DNA from: Flavobacteriaceae bacterium
GTDB taxonomy: Bacteria; Bacteroidota; Bacteroidia; Flavobacteriales; Flavobacteriaceae
Direction of reading: 5' to 3'
DNA length: 64,000 nt
Assembly (NCBI GenBank): GCA_964229535.1
Contig: CAXRDL010000054.1
Coordinates: 6,558 to 70,557, forward strand
Made by a program: the position numbers and the translations under genes
In this document: one piece after another, positions 33,193 to 43,337 of the stretch
Layout: each line of letters begins with the position of its first letter
Position numbering within the stretch: position 1 is the stretch's first letter
The notes under the pieces: model-generated
Databases searched by the model: none
Seen by the model: the letters and a program-made list of their open reading frames with translations, nothing else
What the model was told of the DNA's origin: nothing

Positions 33193-34737
33193 ATGCCTAA
33201 GACCCAAAAAGAGTCCCTGTTTCGGTTGGTTAAATCTCTTTCCAAATCAGAAAAAAGACAGTTTAAGCTTTATGTAAATCGATTGAAACCCAATAGCGAC
33301 AAAAAGTTTATTGCTCTATTCAATTTGTTGGATAAAATGTCGGTTTATGATGAGCAAAAGATTGCAAATTCAAAAATTGTTATGCGAGAGCAGCTATCAA
33401 ATGTAAAAAGTCATTTGTACAGGCAAATTTTGGTCAGCTTACGTTTGTCGATATCCTCTACCAATAAAAGATTACAGCTAAGGGAACAATTGGATTATGT
33501 GTATATCCTTTACAACAAGGGTTTGTATGAGCAGAGTTTGCAAATGCTCCAGCGTGTAAAAGTCCAAGCCGTCAAGCTTGACGAAAGGGCTACCGAGTTT
33601 CAAGCGATTGAATTCGAAAAAGCTGTGCAAACGCAGTACCTGTCCAAAACAAGTTTTGATTATGTCAGTGAGATTGCAACCCAATCAACACAAATAGCTT
33701 CACACAACGAAGTAACTGCAAAACTATCCAGTCTAGCTCTGTTGCTCTACGCGAAAAATGTGCATTATGGATATGTGAAAAATGATAAGGAGTTCAAGGA
33801 TATCACAACGTTTTTTGAATCACACATCGAAGAAATCGATCTTGAAAATGCAGGATTTTCCGAGTCCATCTGGTATTATAAATCCCATCTGCTGTATAGC
33901 ATATTGGTTCAAGATTTGTTGTCGGCCTATAAATTTGCCAATAAATGGGTTGAACTTTTTTATATGTCGCCCGACATGATTCAATTACATCCAGTCTTTT
34001 TTATCCGGGGTCACCAACACTTATTTGAAATTTTGTATTTGTTGAAATATATGTCTAAATTCAAAATGGCATTGGAGCGATTTGAATCCACATTAGCTCA
34101 GCCGAGCTTTCCTAAAAATCACAATATCTCACCGTATATCTTTATGGGTAGGTATAACAACAAAATCAATTTTCATTTTTTGGAAGGGAGTTTTGACGAG
34201 GCCATTCCTTTGATTCCAGAAGTGTTAAACGGAGTTGTACAACATGCTGACCAGCTCGATCAGCACCATATTATGGTGTTGTATTATAAAATCGCCTGTA
34301 TTTATTTTGGCGCAGGAAATCTTCAAAAATGCATTGTGTATTTGCAGTTTATCATTTCTGACAAATCACTACGAGTTCATCAAGACTTGATGTGTTTTTC
34401 AAGAGTTTTAAATGTTGTTGCTCATTATGACGCAGGACTTGACTATGAGCTTGAGACGCAAGTCAAGCAAACCTATAAGTTTTTACTTAAAATGGATGAG
34501 CTACAAGCGGTTCAGAAAGAAATGATACGATTTATGAGAAGTCTAACCGATATTTATCCAAGTGAACTCAAGCAAGCTTTTCGACAGCTCCACGCTTCAT
34601 TAAAGCGTTTTGAAAATGATCCATATGAAAAACGATCTTTTCTGTATCTCGATATTTTGTCTTGGCTCGAAAGTAAGATTGAAAATAGATCGATAGGGGA
34701 GGTCATACGCGAAAAGGCATCTTTGTTAATCCGTTAA
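33193..34737 (+). CDS. Hypothetical all-alpha (TPR-like) protein, 514 aa
   Basis: Long uninterrupted ORF with normal composition. N-terminal basic helix SLFRLVKSLSKSEKRQFKLYV; the rest is predicted helical repeats. I recognise no catalytic motif. Confidence 0.6.
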   Translation: MPKTQKESLFRLVKSLSKSEKRQFKLYVNRLKPNSDKKFIALFNLLDKMSVYDEQKIANSKIVMREQLSNVKSHLYRQILVSLRLSISSTNKRLQLREQLDYVYILYNKGLYEQSLQMLQRVKVQAVKLDERATEFQAIEFEKAVQTQYLSKTSFDYVSEIATQSTQIASHNEVTAKLSSLALLLYAKNVHYGYVKNDKEFKDITTFFESHIEEIDLENAGFSESIWYYKSHLLYSILVQDLLSAYKFANKWVELFYMSPDMIQLHPVFFIRGHQHLFEILYLLKYMSKFKMALERFESTLAQPSFPKNHNISPYIFMGRYNNKINFHFLEGSFDEAIPLIPEVLNGVVQHADQLDQHHIMVLYYKIACIYFGAGNLQKCIVYLQFIISDKSLRVHQDLMCFSRVLNVVAHYDAGLDYELETQVKQTYKFLLKMDELQAVQKEMIRFMRSLTDIYPSELKQAFRQLHASLKRFENDPYEKRSFLYLDILSWLESKIENRSIGEVIREKASLLIR

Positions 34738-35400
34738 CGCATTCCATAACACATCATCGGGATAGGGAGCGATAAATTCCATTTCCTCTTTCTTTGTTGG
34801 ATGAACAATTAGGAGATATCGGGCATGAAGATGAATACTTCCATTTGGATTTGGTCGCTTTGCCCCATATTTTAAGTCACCCTTGATATGCAGTCCCACT
34901 GCTGCCAATTGTGCGCGAATTTGATGATGGCGTCCTGTTTCCAGTTCAATCTCTAAAACGTGGTATGTTTTTAATGACTCCACAAGGCGATAGCGTAGGA
35001 CCGCATGTTTTGTATTTGGGGTGGTTTTGGGGTAATGAAAAGATTTGTTCTTAGAGCTGTTTTTTTTTAAATAATGCTCAAGTCTTGCACTTGATTCTGG
35101 GGTTCCAGAAACAACGGCTCGATATACCTTTTTGGGTATTCTATCCTTAAATTGCTGATTGAGTCGCGTTAGCGCCTTTGATGTTCGCGCGAGCACAATT
35201 ACACCAGTCGTTGGGCGATCGAGCCGATGGACCAAACCCAAAAACACATCACCTTGCTTTTTATACTTGTTCTTGATATATCGCTTAGCAATATCGACCA
35301 ATGATTCATCGCCTGTTTGATCCCCCTGCACAAGTAGTCCAGCTGCCTTGTTGACAACCAAGAGGTGATTGTCCTCGTATATTACAGATAAGTCAGACAA
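34726..35400 (-). CDS. RluA-family pseudouridine synthase
   Basis: 224 aa with catalytic-Asp motif HRLDRPTTGVIVLARTSKA. Confidence 0.85.
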   Translation of the reverse strand: MSDLSVIYEDNHLLVVNKAAGLLVQGDQTGDESLVDIAKRYIKNKYKKQGDVFLGLVHRLDRPTTGVIVLARTSKALTRLNQQFKDRIPKKVYRAVVSGTPESSARLEHYLKKNSSKNKSFHYPKTTPNTKHAVLRYRLVESLKTYHVLEIELETGRHHQIRAQLAAVGLHIKGDLKYGAKRPNPNGSIHLHARYLLIVHPTKKEEMEFIAPYPDDVLWNALTD

Positions 35401-36219
35401 TTAATATTGTTCGTTTTGATTTGGAAAGTCAACGGATTTGACATCAGAAACATAGTTTTCGATAGCTGTTTTCATATCCTCATAAAGATTCATATACCTT
35501 CTTAAAAAACGAGGATTAAACGAATTAGTCAAACCAATGAGGTCATGAACAACGAGCACCTGCCCATCAACATCAGAACCTGCTCCGATTCCAATGATGG
35601 GAATACGCACAGATTCGGCAACTTGTTTTGCTAGTGAGGAAGGGATTTTTTCCAAAACAATTGCAAAACAACCAAGCTCCTCCAACTTTTTCGCATCCGA
35701 AATAAGTTTTTGAGCTTCTTCTTTTTCCTTAGCCCTAACGGAGTAAGTTCCAAACTTATAGATCGATTGCGGGGTCAGACCCAAATGACCCATGACTGGG
35801 ATTCCAGCATTGAGAATGTTGGTAATCGATTGCTCAATTTCTTCGCCACCTTCTAGCTTGACAGCATGTGCACCTGACTCTTTCATAATTCGAATCGATG
35901 ACCGAAGTGCCTCTTGCGCGTCGGATTGATAACTACCAAATGGCAAGTCAACAACGACAAGAGCGCGCTTACTCGCCTTCACCACTCCTGACGCATGATA
36001 AATCATTTGATCTAACGTAATGGGTACGGTTGTTTCATGGCCCGACATGACATTGGAAGCAGAATCTCCAACAAGGATGACATCAACGTTTGCAGCATCG
36101 ACGACACTGGCCATTGAATAATCATATGCGGTTAACATAGAAATCTTTTCATTTGACGCTTTCATCTCAATGAGACTGTTCGTCGTAACTCGTTTGTATT
36201 CTTTGTTGCTCTTGGACAT
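35401..36219 (-). CDS. panB: 3-methyl-2-oxobutanoate hydroxymethyltransferase
   Basis: 272 aa. Motifs MLTAYD, ILVGDS and AVKLEGG. Confidence 0.95.
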   Translation of the reverse strand: MSKSNKEYKRVTTNSLIEMKASNEKISMLTAYDYSMASVVDAANVDVILVGDSASNVMSGHETTVPITLDQMIYHASGVVKASKRALVVVDLPFGSYQSDAQEALRSSIRIMKESGAHAVKLEGGEEIEQSITNILNAGIPVMGHLGLTPQSIYKFGTYSVRAKEKEEAQKLISDAKKLEELGCFAIVLEKIPSSLAKQVAESVRIPIIGIGAGSDVDGQVLVVHDLIGLTNSFNPRFLRRYMNLYEDMKTAIENYVSDVKSVDFPNQNEQY

Positions 36220-36268
36220 GGCACAAGTTTGTCCAAAAATACATTATAAAGCTGAAACCCAAACGATG

Positions 36269-36285
36269 ACTGACACCCTGTCAGT
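36269..36285. promoter_or_regulatory. Inverted repeat ACTGACA-CCC-TGTCAGT between divergent panB and dnaK
   Basis: Perfect 7-bp arms with a 3-nt spacer, about 50 nt upstream of both start codons. Confidence 0.3.
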
Positions 36286-36334
36286 ATATCCCTCATGGCA
36301 TAGTCATTGAATATGGTTGAAAAAAATATAAATC

Positions 36335-38239
36335 ATGAGTAAAATAATCGGTATTGATTTAGGAACAACAAATTCTTGTGTTTCCGTGATGGAAGGGAAC
36401 GAGCCTGTTGTTATTCCCAACGCAGAAGGCAAACGAACAACCCCTTCTGTCATTGCATTCGTTGAAGGAGGCGAAATCAAGGTCGGAGATCCAGCAAAAC
36501 GCCAAGCTGTAACAAACCCAACCAAAACGATTTCCTCCGTAAAGCGATTTATGGGAAACAAATTTTCCGAATCAACAAAAGAGATTAAACGCGTTCCTTA
36601 CGCTGTTGTAAAGGGCGATAATAACACCCCACGTGTTGATATCGATGGGCGTTTGTATACCCCACAAGAGCTTTCTGCGATGATCTTGCAAAAAATGAAA
36701 AAAACTGCAGAGGACTATCTCGGTCAGTCAGTGACAGATGCTGTGATCACTGTTCCTGCTTATTTTAACGATGCGCAACGTCAAGCTACGAAGGAAGCAG
36801 GAGAAATTTCTGGCTTAAAAGTTCACAGAATTATCAATGAACCAACATCTGCAGCATTGGCTTATGGTCTTGACAAAAGCGGAAGTGACAGAAAAATTGC
36901 TGTCTATGATCTTGGTGGTGGAACCTTTGATATTTCAGTACTTGAACTCGGAGATGGTGTTTTTGAGGTGTTATCAACCAATGGAGATACTCACCTTGGT
37001 GGGGATGACTTTGACGAGGTGATTATCGATTGGCTAGCTGGGGAGTTTAAATCTGCCGAAGATGTTGACCTGCGAGAAGATCCAATGGCCCTTCAACGAT
37101 TGAAGGAAGCTGCTGAGAAAGCGAAAATTGAATTGTCATCTTCAACGCAAACCGAAATCAATTTGCCATATGTGACGGCAACTGCATCTGGGCCAAAACA
37201 CCTTGTTCAAACACTGACAAGAGCCAAATTTGAGCAGTTGTCGGCTGAATTGGTAAAGCGCTCTATGACGCCTGTAAAGAACGCACTTTCAGACGCAGGA
37301 CTATCAACTGATGAGATTGATGAAGTTATTTTGGTAGGTGGTTCAACTCGAATTCCTGTGATTCAAGAAGAAGTTGAAAAATTCTTCGGCAAAAAACCAT
37401 CTAAAGGAGTAAATCCTGATGAAGTTGTTGCCGTTGGCGCTGCGATTCAGGGAGGTGTACTCACGGGAGATGTCAAAGATGTATTACTGCTCGACGTAAC
37501 TCCCCTTTCACTGGGAATTGAAACCATGGGTGGAGTACTGACCAAGTTGATCGAAGCAAATACAACGATTCCAACTAAAAAATCACAAGTGTTTTCAACT
37601 GCTGCTGACAATCAGCCCTCTGTAGAAATTCATGTTTTACAAGGTGAGCGTCCGATGGCTGCTGATAACAAAACCATTGGAAGGTTCCACTTGGATGGAA
37701 TCCCACCGGCTCCGAGAGGGACACCTCAAATCGAGGTAACCTTTGATATTGACGCCAATGGATTGATTCAGGTCACCGCACTAGATAAGGCCACAAACAA
37801 GTCTCAAGACATTCGCATTGAAGCTTCTTCTGGATTAACAGAAGAAGAAATCGAGAAGATGAAGAAGGAGGCCGAAGCAAATGCAGAAGCCGACAAAAAG
37901 GCGAAAGAGCAAGTGGATACGCTAAACAACGCTGATGCGATGATTTTTCAAACCGAAAAGCAGTTGACTGAATTTGGAGATAAATTGTCAGACGACAAGA
38001 AGAAACCAATTCAGGACGCTTTAGAAGTTTTGAAAAAAGCATATGAAGCCAAAGATGTAGAGGCGATTACACCTGCGCTAGACAGCATCAATGAGGCATG
38101 GAAAAATGCTTCTGAAGAGATGTACAAAGCACAAGCCGATAAGGGCGGTGCCACAGAACCACAAGCAGATGCAGGTGCGCAATCTGGAGAGACCAACGAT
38201 GAAGACGTAGAAGATGTTGACTTTGAAGAAGTCAAATAA
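36335..38239 (+). CDS. dnaK: Molecular chaperone DnaK (Hsp70)
   Basis: 634 aa. Motifs [29 protein letters not shown], and an acidic C-terminal EEVK-type tail. Confidence 0.97.
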   Translation: MSKIIGIDLGTTNSCVSVMEGNEPVVIPNAEGKRTTPSVIAFVEGGEIKVGDPAKRQAVTNPTKTISSVKRFMGNKFSESTKEIKRVPYAVVKGDNNTPRVDIDGRLYTPQELSAMILQKMKKTAEDYLGQSVTDAVITVPAYFNDAQRQATKEAGEISGLKVHRIINEPTSAALAYGLDKSGSDRKIAVYDLGGGTFDISVLELGDGVFEVLSTNGDTHLGGDDFDEVIIDWLAGEFKSAEDVDLREDPMALQRLKEAAEKAKIELSSSTQTEINLPYVTATASGPKHLVQTLTRAKFEQLSAELVKRSMTPVKNALSDAGLSTDEIDEVILVGGSTRIPVIQEEVEKFFGKKPSKGVNPDEVVAVGAAIQGGVLTGDVKDVLLLDVTPLSLGIETMGGVLTKLIEANTTIPTKKSQVFSTAADNQPSVEIHVLQGERPMAADNKTIGRFHLDGIPPAPRGTPQIEVTFDIDANGLIQVTALDKATNKSQDIRIEASSGLTEEEIEKMKKEAEANAEADKKAKEQVDTLNNADAMIFQTEKQLTEFGDKLSDDKKKPIQDALEVLKKAYEAKDVEAITPALDSINEAWKNASEEMYKAQADKGGATEPQADAGAQSGETNDEDVEDVDFEEVK

Positions 38240-38270
38240 CCTCTCTAAAATCTTATTTCTTAATTTAAAA

Positions 38271-38298
38271 ACGCACTGCAAATCGCAGTGCGTTTTTG
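38271..38298 (+). terminator. Intrinsic terminator after dnaK
   Basis: ACGCACTGC (38271-38279) / loop AAATC / GCAGTGCGT (38285-38293), followed by TTTTTG. The flanking A-run and T-run extend the stem. Confidence 0.8.
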
Positions 38299-38314
38299 TA
38301 TTTTAGCAATCACG

Positions 38315-38734
38315 ATGGACAAATCAACTCTTCTCAAAAAAATCAATGACAGAAACCATGGAACACTCATGCAGACCCTTGGGATTGAATTCACAGAAAT
38401 TGGAGAAAACTATTTGGTTGCTCGTATGCCTGTGAGTCCAGCAGTACATCAGCCAGATGGCGTGCTTCACGGTGGAGCAACTGCTGCCCTTGCCGAAACT
38501 GTAGGAAGTTCAGCGGCTGCTGTATTTTGCCTTCCAAAAGACCATATGTTGCGTGGAATCGATGTGTCTGCTAAGCATGTAAGAGGTGTTCGATCTGGAT
38601 TTGTACACGCCAAAGCAATGGCTATACATCAGGGGAAAACGATGCAAGTGTGGTCGATTGAAATTACAGATGATCAAAATCGTTTGGTATCAACATGCTC
38701 CTTGACCACGCTTATCCTTCCGATTAAAAAGTAA
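38315..38734 (+). CDS. PaaI/YdiI-type hotdog thioesterase, probable 1,4-dihydroxy-2-naphthoyl-CoA hydrolase
   Basis: Motifs MQTLGIEFTEIGENYLVARMPV and QPDGVLHGGATAALAETVGS, typical of the PaaI/YbdB/YdiI family. It is the first gene of the men cluster. The ATG at 38315 is preferred because the ORF-track GTG at 38288 lies inside the dnaK terminator stem. Confidence 0.7.
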   Translation: MDKSTLLKKINDRNHGTLMQTLGIEFTEIGENYLVARMPVSPAVHQPDGVLHGGATAALAETVGSSAAAVFCLPKDHMLRGIDVSAKHVRGVRSGFVHAKAMAIHQGKTMQVWSIEITDDQNRLVSTCSLTTLILPIKK

Positions 38735-38739
38735 CGGTT

Positions 38740-39771
38740 TTGACCTCGAAATCATTTTTTGAAGATATTGAACACCATTTTCACAACAAATTGCCATTTG
38801 TTGTATTTCGACAACCAAATCAAAGCAAGCTGACAGCTTTTCTTGATTTCGGGACATCTGAAAAATCAAATAAAAAGTTTATTGTCAGCCCTTTTGACTC
38901 TTCAATGTATTTTTCGATCCATTCCCACAAGATTCTTGATCTTGACTACAATTCAGAAATTGCAACGCCTAAATCGAAAGAAATAGAATGGCTTGATTTA
39001 GAAAATAAGCACAAAGAACACACCAACCTGATTCGCAAGGCTCTTTCCAGTATTCAAGAATCACCTCTCAAAAAAGTTGTGCTGGCGACTTCCCTTCAAC
39101 ACAATGGTGCAGTAAATTCGCCATCGTCTTATTTTAAAAGGATCCTAGCGCAGTACACAAACACCTTCAACTACCTATTATTTCACCCCGATTGTGGGGT
39201 ATGGATGGGATCAACTCCTGAACGACTTATCACGATGAGTGGTCAATGTTTGCAAACGATGGCTTTGGCAGGTACGCGACCTTATGGCTCAAGTGAATGG
39301 GGTAATAAGGAAAAGGAAGAGCAGGAGTTTGTTGTACGAGAAATTGTAAATACGTTAAAGCAATACACCCCACATGAACTCATAAAATATGCTGATGCTG
39401 AAACCATCCGTGCTGGTCATTTGGAGCATTTACGGACAACGATAACGGCAGATTTGTCAATTTCGCCGATTGATGCAGCTCAAGCACTTCACCCAACTCC
39501 TGCTGTTGGGGGAGTGCCAAAACAGATGGCGCTTGACTTTATAGGTTTTCATGAGCAATTGGATCGGTCTTTATATTCGGGATTTTTGGGGACTGTCTCC
39601 CCAGAGCAAACAAGTCTTTATGTCAATCTCCGGTGTATGTCTATTCAAGATTATATGGCGACAGTGTATGTCGGGGGTGGAATCACCGAAAAAAGCGACC
39701 CACAAGACGAATGGCAAGAGGTGTTGCAAAAGGCAAACACGATGGGGCGTATATTGGCTAGTGAACAATAA
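38740..39771 (+). CDS. menF: Isochorismate synthase (short Bacteroidota form)
   Basis: 343 aa with a TTG start. Chorismate-binding C-terminal motifs LHPTPAVGGVP and VYVGGGITEKSDPQDEWQE. Confidence 0.85.
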   Translation: MTSKSFFEDIEHHFHNKLPFVVFRQPNQSKLTAFLDFGTSEKSNKKFIVSPFDSSMYFSIHSHKILDLDYNSEIATPKSKEIEWLDLENKHKEHTNLIRKALSSIQESPLKKVVLATSLQHNGAVNSPSSYFKRILAQYTNTFNYLLFHPDCGVWMGSTPERLITMSGQCLQTMALAGTRPYGSSEWGNKEKEEQEFVVREIVNTLKQYTPHELIKYADAETIRAGHLEHLRTTITADLSISPIDAAQALHPTPAVGGVPKQMALDFIGFHEQLDRSLYSGFLGTVSPEQTSLYVNLRCMSIQDYMATVYVGGGITEKSDPQDEWQEVLQKANTMGRILASEQ

Positions 39772-39797
39772 GAGCATTTTGTACCTTTGCCATTGCT

Positions 39798-41570
39798 ATG
39801 AACCTCTCAACCATACCCGTTGTTCGCTTGGTAATTCAACAACTTCTCAATTATGGGATTCACCATATCGTTATTGCACCTGGTTCAAGAAATGCCCCGA
39901 TTACAGTTGGATTAACAACTCACAAAGCGTTTACGACTTACAGTATTGTTGACGAGCGCTCTGCTGGCTTTTTTGCAATCGGACTTTCACAACAACTTCA
40001 TCAGCCAGTTGCTGTGCTGTGTACTTCAGGGTCTGCACTTTTAAACATCTATCCAGCTGTTTCAGAAGCATATTACAGTCGTTATCCACTAGTCGTATTA
40101 AGCGCTGATCGTCCAACGTATCAAATCGATATTGGAAATGGCCAAACCATTAGGCAATCTGGTGTGTTTTCAAAACACCTCATATCAGAAACTTCGCTTT
40201 TACAGGATATCACACATAATCAATCTGCAATTATTGAGAGTAATACGCAGCAATTGATTGATGTGCAATCTACTCCGCAAGAGGTAGAGAGTCAACAAAA
40301 AACAATTGAAAAGAACAACACAAAACACCTTCAAAAGGTGCTCTCTGAAATGCTTTCTCAACAAGTTCCAGTACACGTTAATATTCCTTTGGAAGAACCC
40401 CTTTACGATTTTCATGATCAAAACGAAATCGTAGTCGAGCAAGTGAAACAGCCAAAAAACCCGCAACCAAAAAATCTCGAATCCGTTCAATCAAAGTGGA
40501 ATGAATCCAAACGTATCCTTGTTGTGGTGGGAACGCTTTCACCAGAAACTTTAAGTGCAAAGAGCATTTCGGTTTTAGCGCATGACCCAAGGGTTGTCGT
40601 CCTACATGAAATCACCTCCAATCTTCATCACCACAACTTTATTTCCCATATCGATCGGGTGATTTTACCGATAGAGAAGCAAAAAAATAGCCATGAGATT
40701 TTTCAATCACTCGTCCCAGACCTTCTTATCACAATGGGGGGTATGGTGGTTTCGAAAAAGATAAAATCGTTGTTGCGATCATACAAAGGAGTCTCACACC
40801 ATCATGTCGGAACTGATCGACCGCTTGATACTTATTATTTGAGCGTTCAGCACCTTCAGATTGATCCAAATTCTTTTTTTGTTGACCTGACCTCTTCATC
40901 TGACTCCAAAGCGAATTATCAAGATCAGTGGCTTCAGTTGTCTCGACAACGAGAGATCGCACACAATAGTTTTCTTGCAAACGCGCCATTCAGTGATCTA
41001 TCGGTTTTTAATAAAATCATGCGTGCGGTTCCAAAAAATTATTTGCTTCAGTGGGCAAACAGTTCCCCGATTCGATATGCACAGTTATTTCCTGTACCAA
41101 AAGATTCCCAATCCTTTTGCAATCGAGGGACAAGTGGAATTGAGGGAAGTATTTCGACAGCGGTCGGCGCAGCTGTAGGTAGTGACAGACCAACTTTGAT
41201 AATCACAGGCGATTTGAGTTTCTTTTACGACGCAAATGCCCTTTGGAATCAATATATTCCAGCTAATTTCAGGTTGATTGTCGTCAATAATGGCGGAGGA
41301 GGTATTTTTAGGATATTACCAAATGCCAAAGAAACGCCTGGCTTTGAAACTTATTTTGAAACCAAGCATAAGCGAACTGCAAAATACATGGCAAAACAGT
41401 ACGGTTTGTCTTATCAAAGTGTGCGAACTAGCATTGGTCTGCGGTTGGTTTTAGGTCGATTTTTTTCAAAATCTAATCGTGGAAAAATATTGGAAATTAG
41501 AACGCCTTCAACTACCAATGACCTAGTTTTACAATCCTATTTTAAGTTTTTAAGTGAACATTCAGATTAA
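39798..41570 (+). CDS. menD: SEPHCHC synthase (2-succinyl-5-enolpyruvyl-6-hydroxy-3-cyclohexene-1-carboxylate synthase)
   Basis: 590 aa. ThDP-enzyme N-terminus IAPGSRNAP...DERSAGFFA and ThDP-binding GDLSFFYDANAL...VVNNGGGGIF. Confidence 0.9.
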   Translation: MNLSTIPVVRLVIQQLLNYGIHHIVIAPGSRNAPITVGLTTHKAFTTYSIVDERSAGFFAIGLSQQLHQPVAVLCTSGSALLNIYPAVSEAYYSRYPLVVLSADRPTYQIDIGNGQTIRQSGVFSKHLISETSLLQDITHNQSAIIESNTQQLIDVQSTPQEVESQQKTIEKNNTKHLQKVLSEMLSQQVPVHVNIPLEEPLYDFHDQNEIVVEQVKQPKNPQPKNLESVQSKWNESKRILVVVGTLSPETLSAKSISVLAHDPRVVVLHEITSNLHHHNFISHIDRVILPIEKQKNSHEIFQSLVPDLLITMGGMVVSKKIKSLLRSYKGVSHHHVGTDRPLDTYYLSVQHLQIDPNSFFVDLTSSSDSKANYQDQWLQLSRQREIAHNSFLANAPFSDLSVFNKIMRAVPKNYLLQWANSSPIRYAQLFPVPKDSQSFCNRGTSGIEGSISTAVGAAVGSDRPTLIITGDLSFFYDANALWNQYIPANFRLIVVNNGGGGIFRILPNAKETPGFETYFETKHKRTAKYMAKQYGLSYQSVRTSIGLRLVLGRFFSKSNRGKILEIRTPSTTNDLVLQSYFKFLSEHSD

Positions 41571-41589
41571 GTCTTAATTTTGTAAAAAA

Positions 41590-42414
41590 TTGAATATGAA
41601 ACCAGTTTGGAAGCCCATAGAAACCTATTCCGACATCTTGTTTGAAATCTACAACGGAGTTGCTAAAATTACGATCAACCGTCCCGAGGTTTACAATGCA
41701 TTTCGTCCCCAGACCAATACGCAAATGCTTGAAGCCATCGAAATTTGCAGAGAGCGTGATGATATCGACATCGTTCTTTTTACAGGCACAGGTGATAAAG
41801 CTTTTTGCAGTGGTGGGGATCAAAATGTTAAGGGAATCGGCGGATATATTGGGGATGATGGTGTACCTCGTTTGAATGTACTTGATTTACACAAAAGAAT
41901 TCGGGAGTTGCCCAAGCCAGTAATCGCCATGGTCAATGGGTATGCCATCGGAGGTGGTCATGTTCTCCATGTCGTTTGTGATCTGACCATTGCGAGTGAA
42001 AATGCCATTTTTGGACAGACTGGTCCAAAAGTGGGAAGCTTTGACGGGGGGTTTGGATCGTCTTATTTGGCGCGCCATGTCGGGCAAAAGAAAGCACGTG
42101 AAATTTGGTTTTTATGCAAGCAGTATAGCGCGCAAGAGGCCTTAGATATGGGTATGGTGAACCGCGTTGTTCCCTTAGAAGATTTGGAATCTGCTACACT
42201 GGAATGGTGTGAGCTTATGCAACAACGAAGTCCTTTAGCACTTCGCATGATCAAACGCAGTTTGAATGCGGAACTAGACGGGCAACACGGTTTGATGCAA
42301 CTCGCTGGGGATGCAACGCTATTGTACTATTTAACGGAAGAAGCACAAGAAGGTAAAAATGCTTTTTTGGAAAAGCGACGCCCTGATTTCAACAAATATC
42401 CTAAATTCCCTTAG
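41590..42414 (+). CDS. menB: 1,4-dihydroxy-2-naphthoyl-CoA synthase
   Basis: 274 aa. Crotonase fold with FCSGGDQ and [12 protein letters not shown]. The start is TTG at 41590 or ATG at 41596. Confidence 0.95.
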   Translation: MNMKPVWKPIETYSDILFEIYNGVAKITINRPEVYNAFRPQTNTQMLEAIEICRERDDIDIVLFTGTGDKAFCSGGDQNVKGIGGYIGDDGVPRLNVLDLHKRIRELPKPVIAMVNGYAIGGGHVLHVVCDLTIASENAIFGQTGPKVGSFDGGFGSSYLARHVGQKKAREIWFLCKQYSAQEALDMGMVNRVVPLEDLESATLEWCELMQQRSPLALRMIKRSLNAELDGQHGLMQLAGDATLLYYLTEEAQEGKNAFLEKRRPDFNKYPKFP

Positions 42415-42429
42415 TGAACAATCAAATTT

Positions 42430-43335
42430 TTGAATAGGGTGACTTTTACGACTTGGATCAAAGCAGCTCGATTGAGAACCATTCCGCTTTCCATCTCTGG
42501 AATATTAGTTGGGTCAGCGGCAGCTTTATTAAAAAATGAGTTTAATGTTAGCGTATTTACACTCGCTATTCTCACTACGGTTTGCTATCAATTACTTTCC
42601 AATTTTGCCAATGATTATGGCGATGGTATCAAAGGAACAGATAATGATGAAAGACTTGGCCCAAAAAGAATCCTTCAATCTGAACTGATTTCTAGAACGC
42701 AGCTCCGCCAAGCAATTTTTGTCATTTCTGGTGTTGCTGTACTCTTGACGATTTTACTGGTTTACAGTGCTTTTGGACTGAGTAAAACTGCTTTGACTTT
42801 TCTCGGATTGGGCTTTCTTGCCATCGTTGCTGCTATACGATACACAGTTGGTTCTAATGCATATGGCTATAAGGGTTTTGGAGATTTATTTGTCTTTCTG
42901 TTTTTTGGGTGTGTCAGTGTTTTGGGCAGCCATTATTTGTATACATATGAATTGGAACTCTCGTTGATTTTTCCAGCGATTTCAATAGGGTTACTATCCG
43001 TGGGAGTTTTGAACATCAACAATATGCGCGACCGAGTAAACGACAAGCAATTTGGGAAAACCACGATTGCTGTTCGTTTGGGTGCTGAAAAAGCGGCCTT
43101 ATATCAACTGGCACTGGTTGGTATTCCCGTTATTTTAACAGTTGTTTACGGCTTGATCTACCATGCCATTGCCTTTGTTGTAATGTCGGTGATTATGATG
43201 ATTCCAATTTCGCTCCATCTCAAGGTTGTGTTTCAAAAACAAAACGAGAAAAACTTCGACCCAGAACTCAAAAAAATCGCTTTGCTGACATTCTTTTATG
43301 CCATTTCGTTTAGTTTGTTGTTAATTGTCTTTTGA
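42430..43335 (+). CDS. menA: 1,4-dihydroxy-2-naphthoate polyprenyltransferase
   Basis: 301 aa polytopic UbiA-family protein with NFANDYGDGIKGTDN (NxxxDxxxD). TTG start. Confidence 0.9.
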   Translation: MNRVTFTTWIKAARLRTIPLSISGILVGSAAALLKNEFNVSVFTLAILTTVCYQLLSNFANDYGDGIKGTDNDERLGPKRILQSELISRTQLRQAIFVISGVAVLLTILLVYSAFGLSKTALTFLGLGFLAIVAAIRYTVGSNAYGYKGFGDLFVFLFFGCVSVLGSHYLYTYELELSLIFPAISIGLLSVGVLNINNMRDRVNDKQFGKTTIAVRLGAEKAALYQLALVGIPVILTVVYGLIYHAIAFVVMSVIMMIPISLHLKVVFQKQNEKNFDPELKKIALLTFFYAISFSLLLIVF

Positions 43336-43337
43336 GT

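Noticed and set aside
39551-39952. 133-aa plus-strand ORF spanning the menF end and the menD start
   Set aside because: It is out of frame with both well-supported genes and bridges their junction, so it is a chance open frame.
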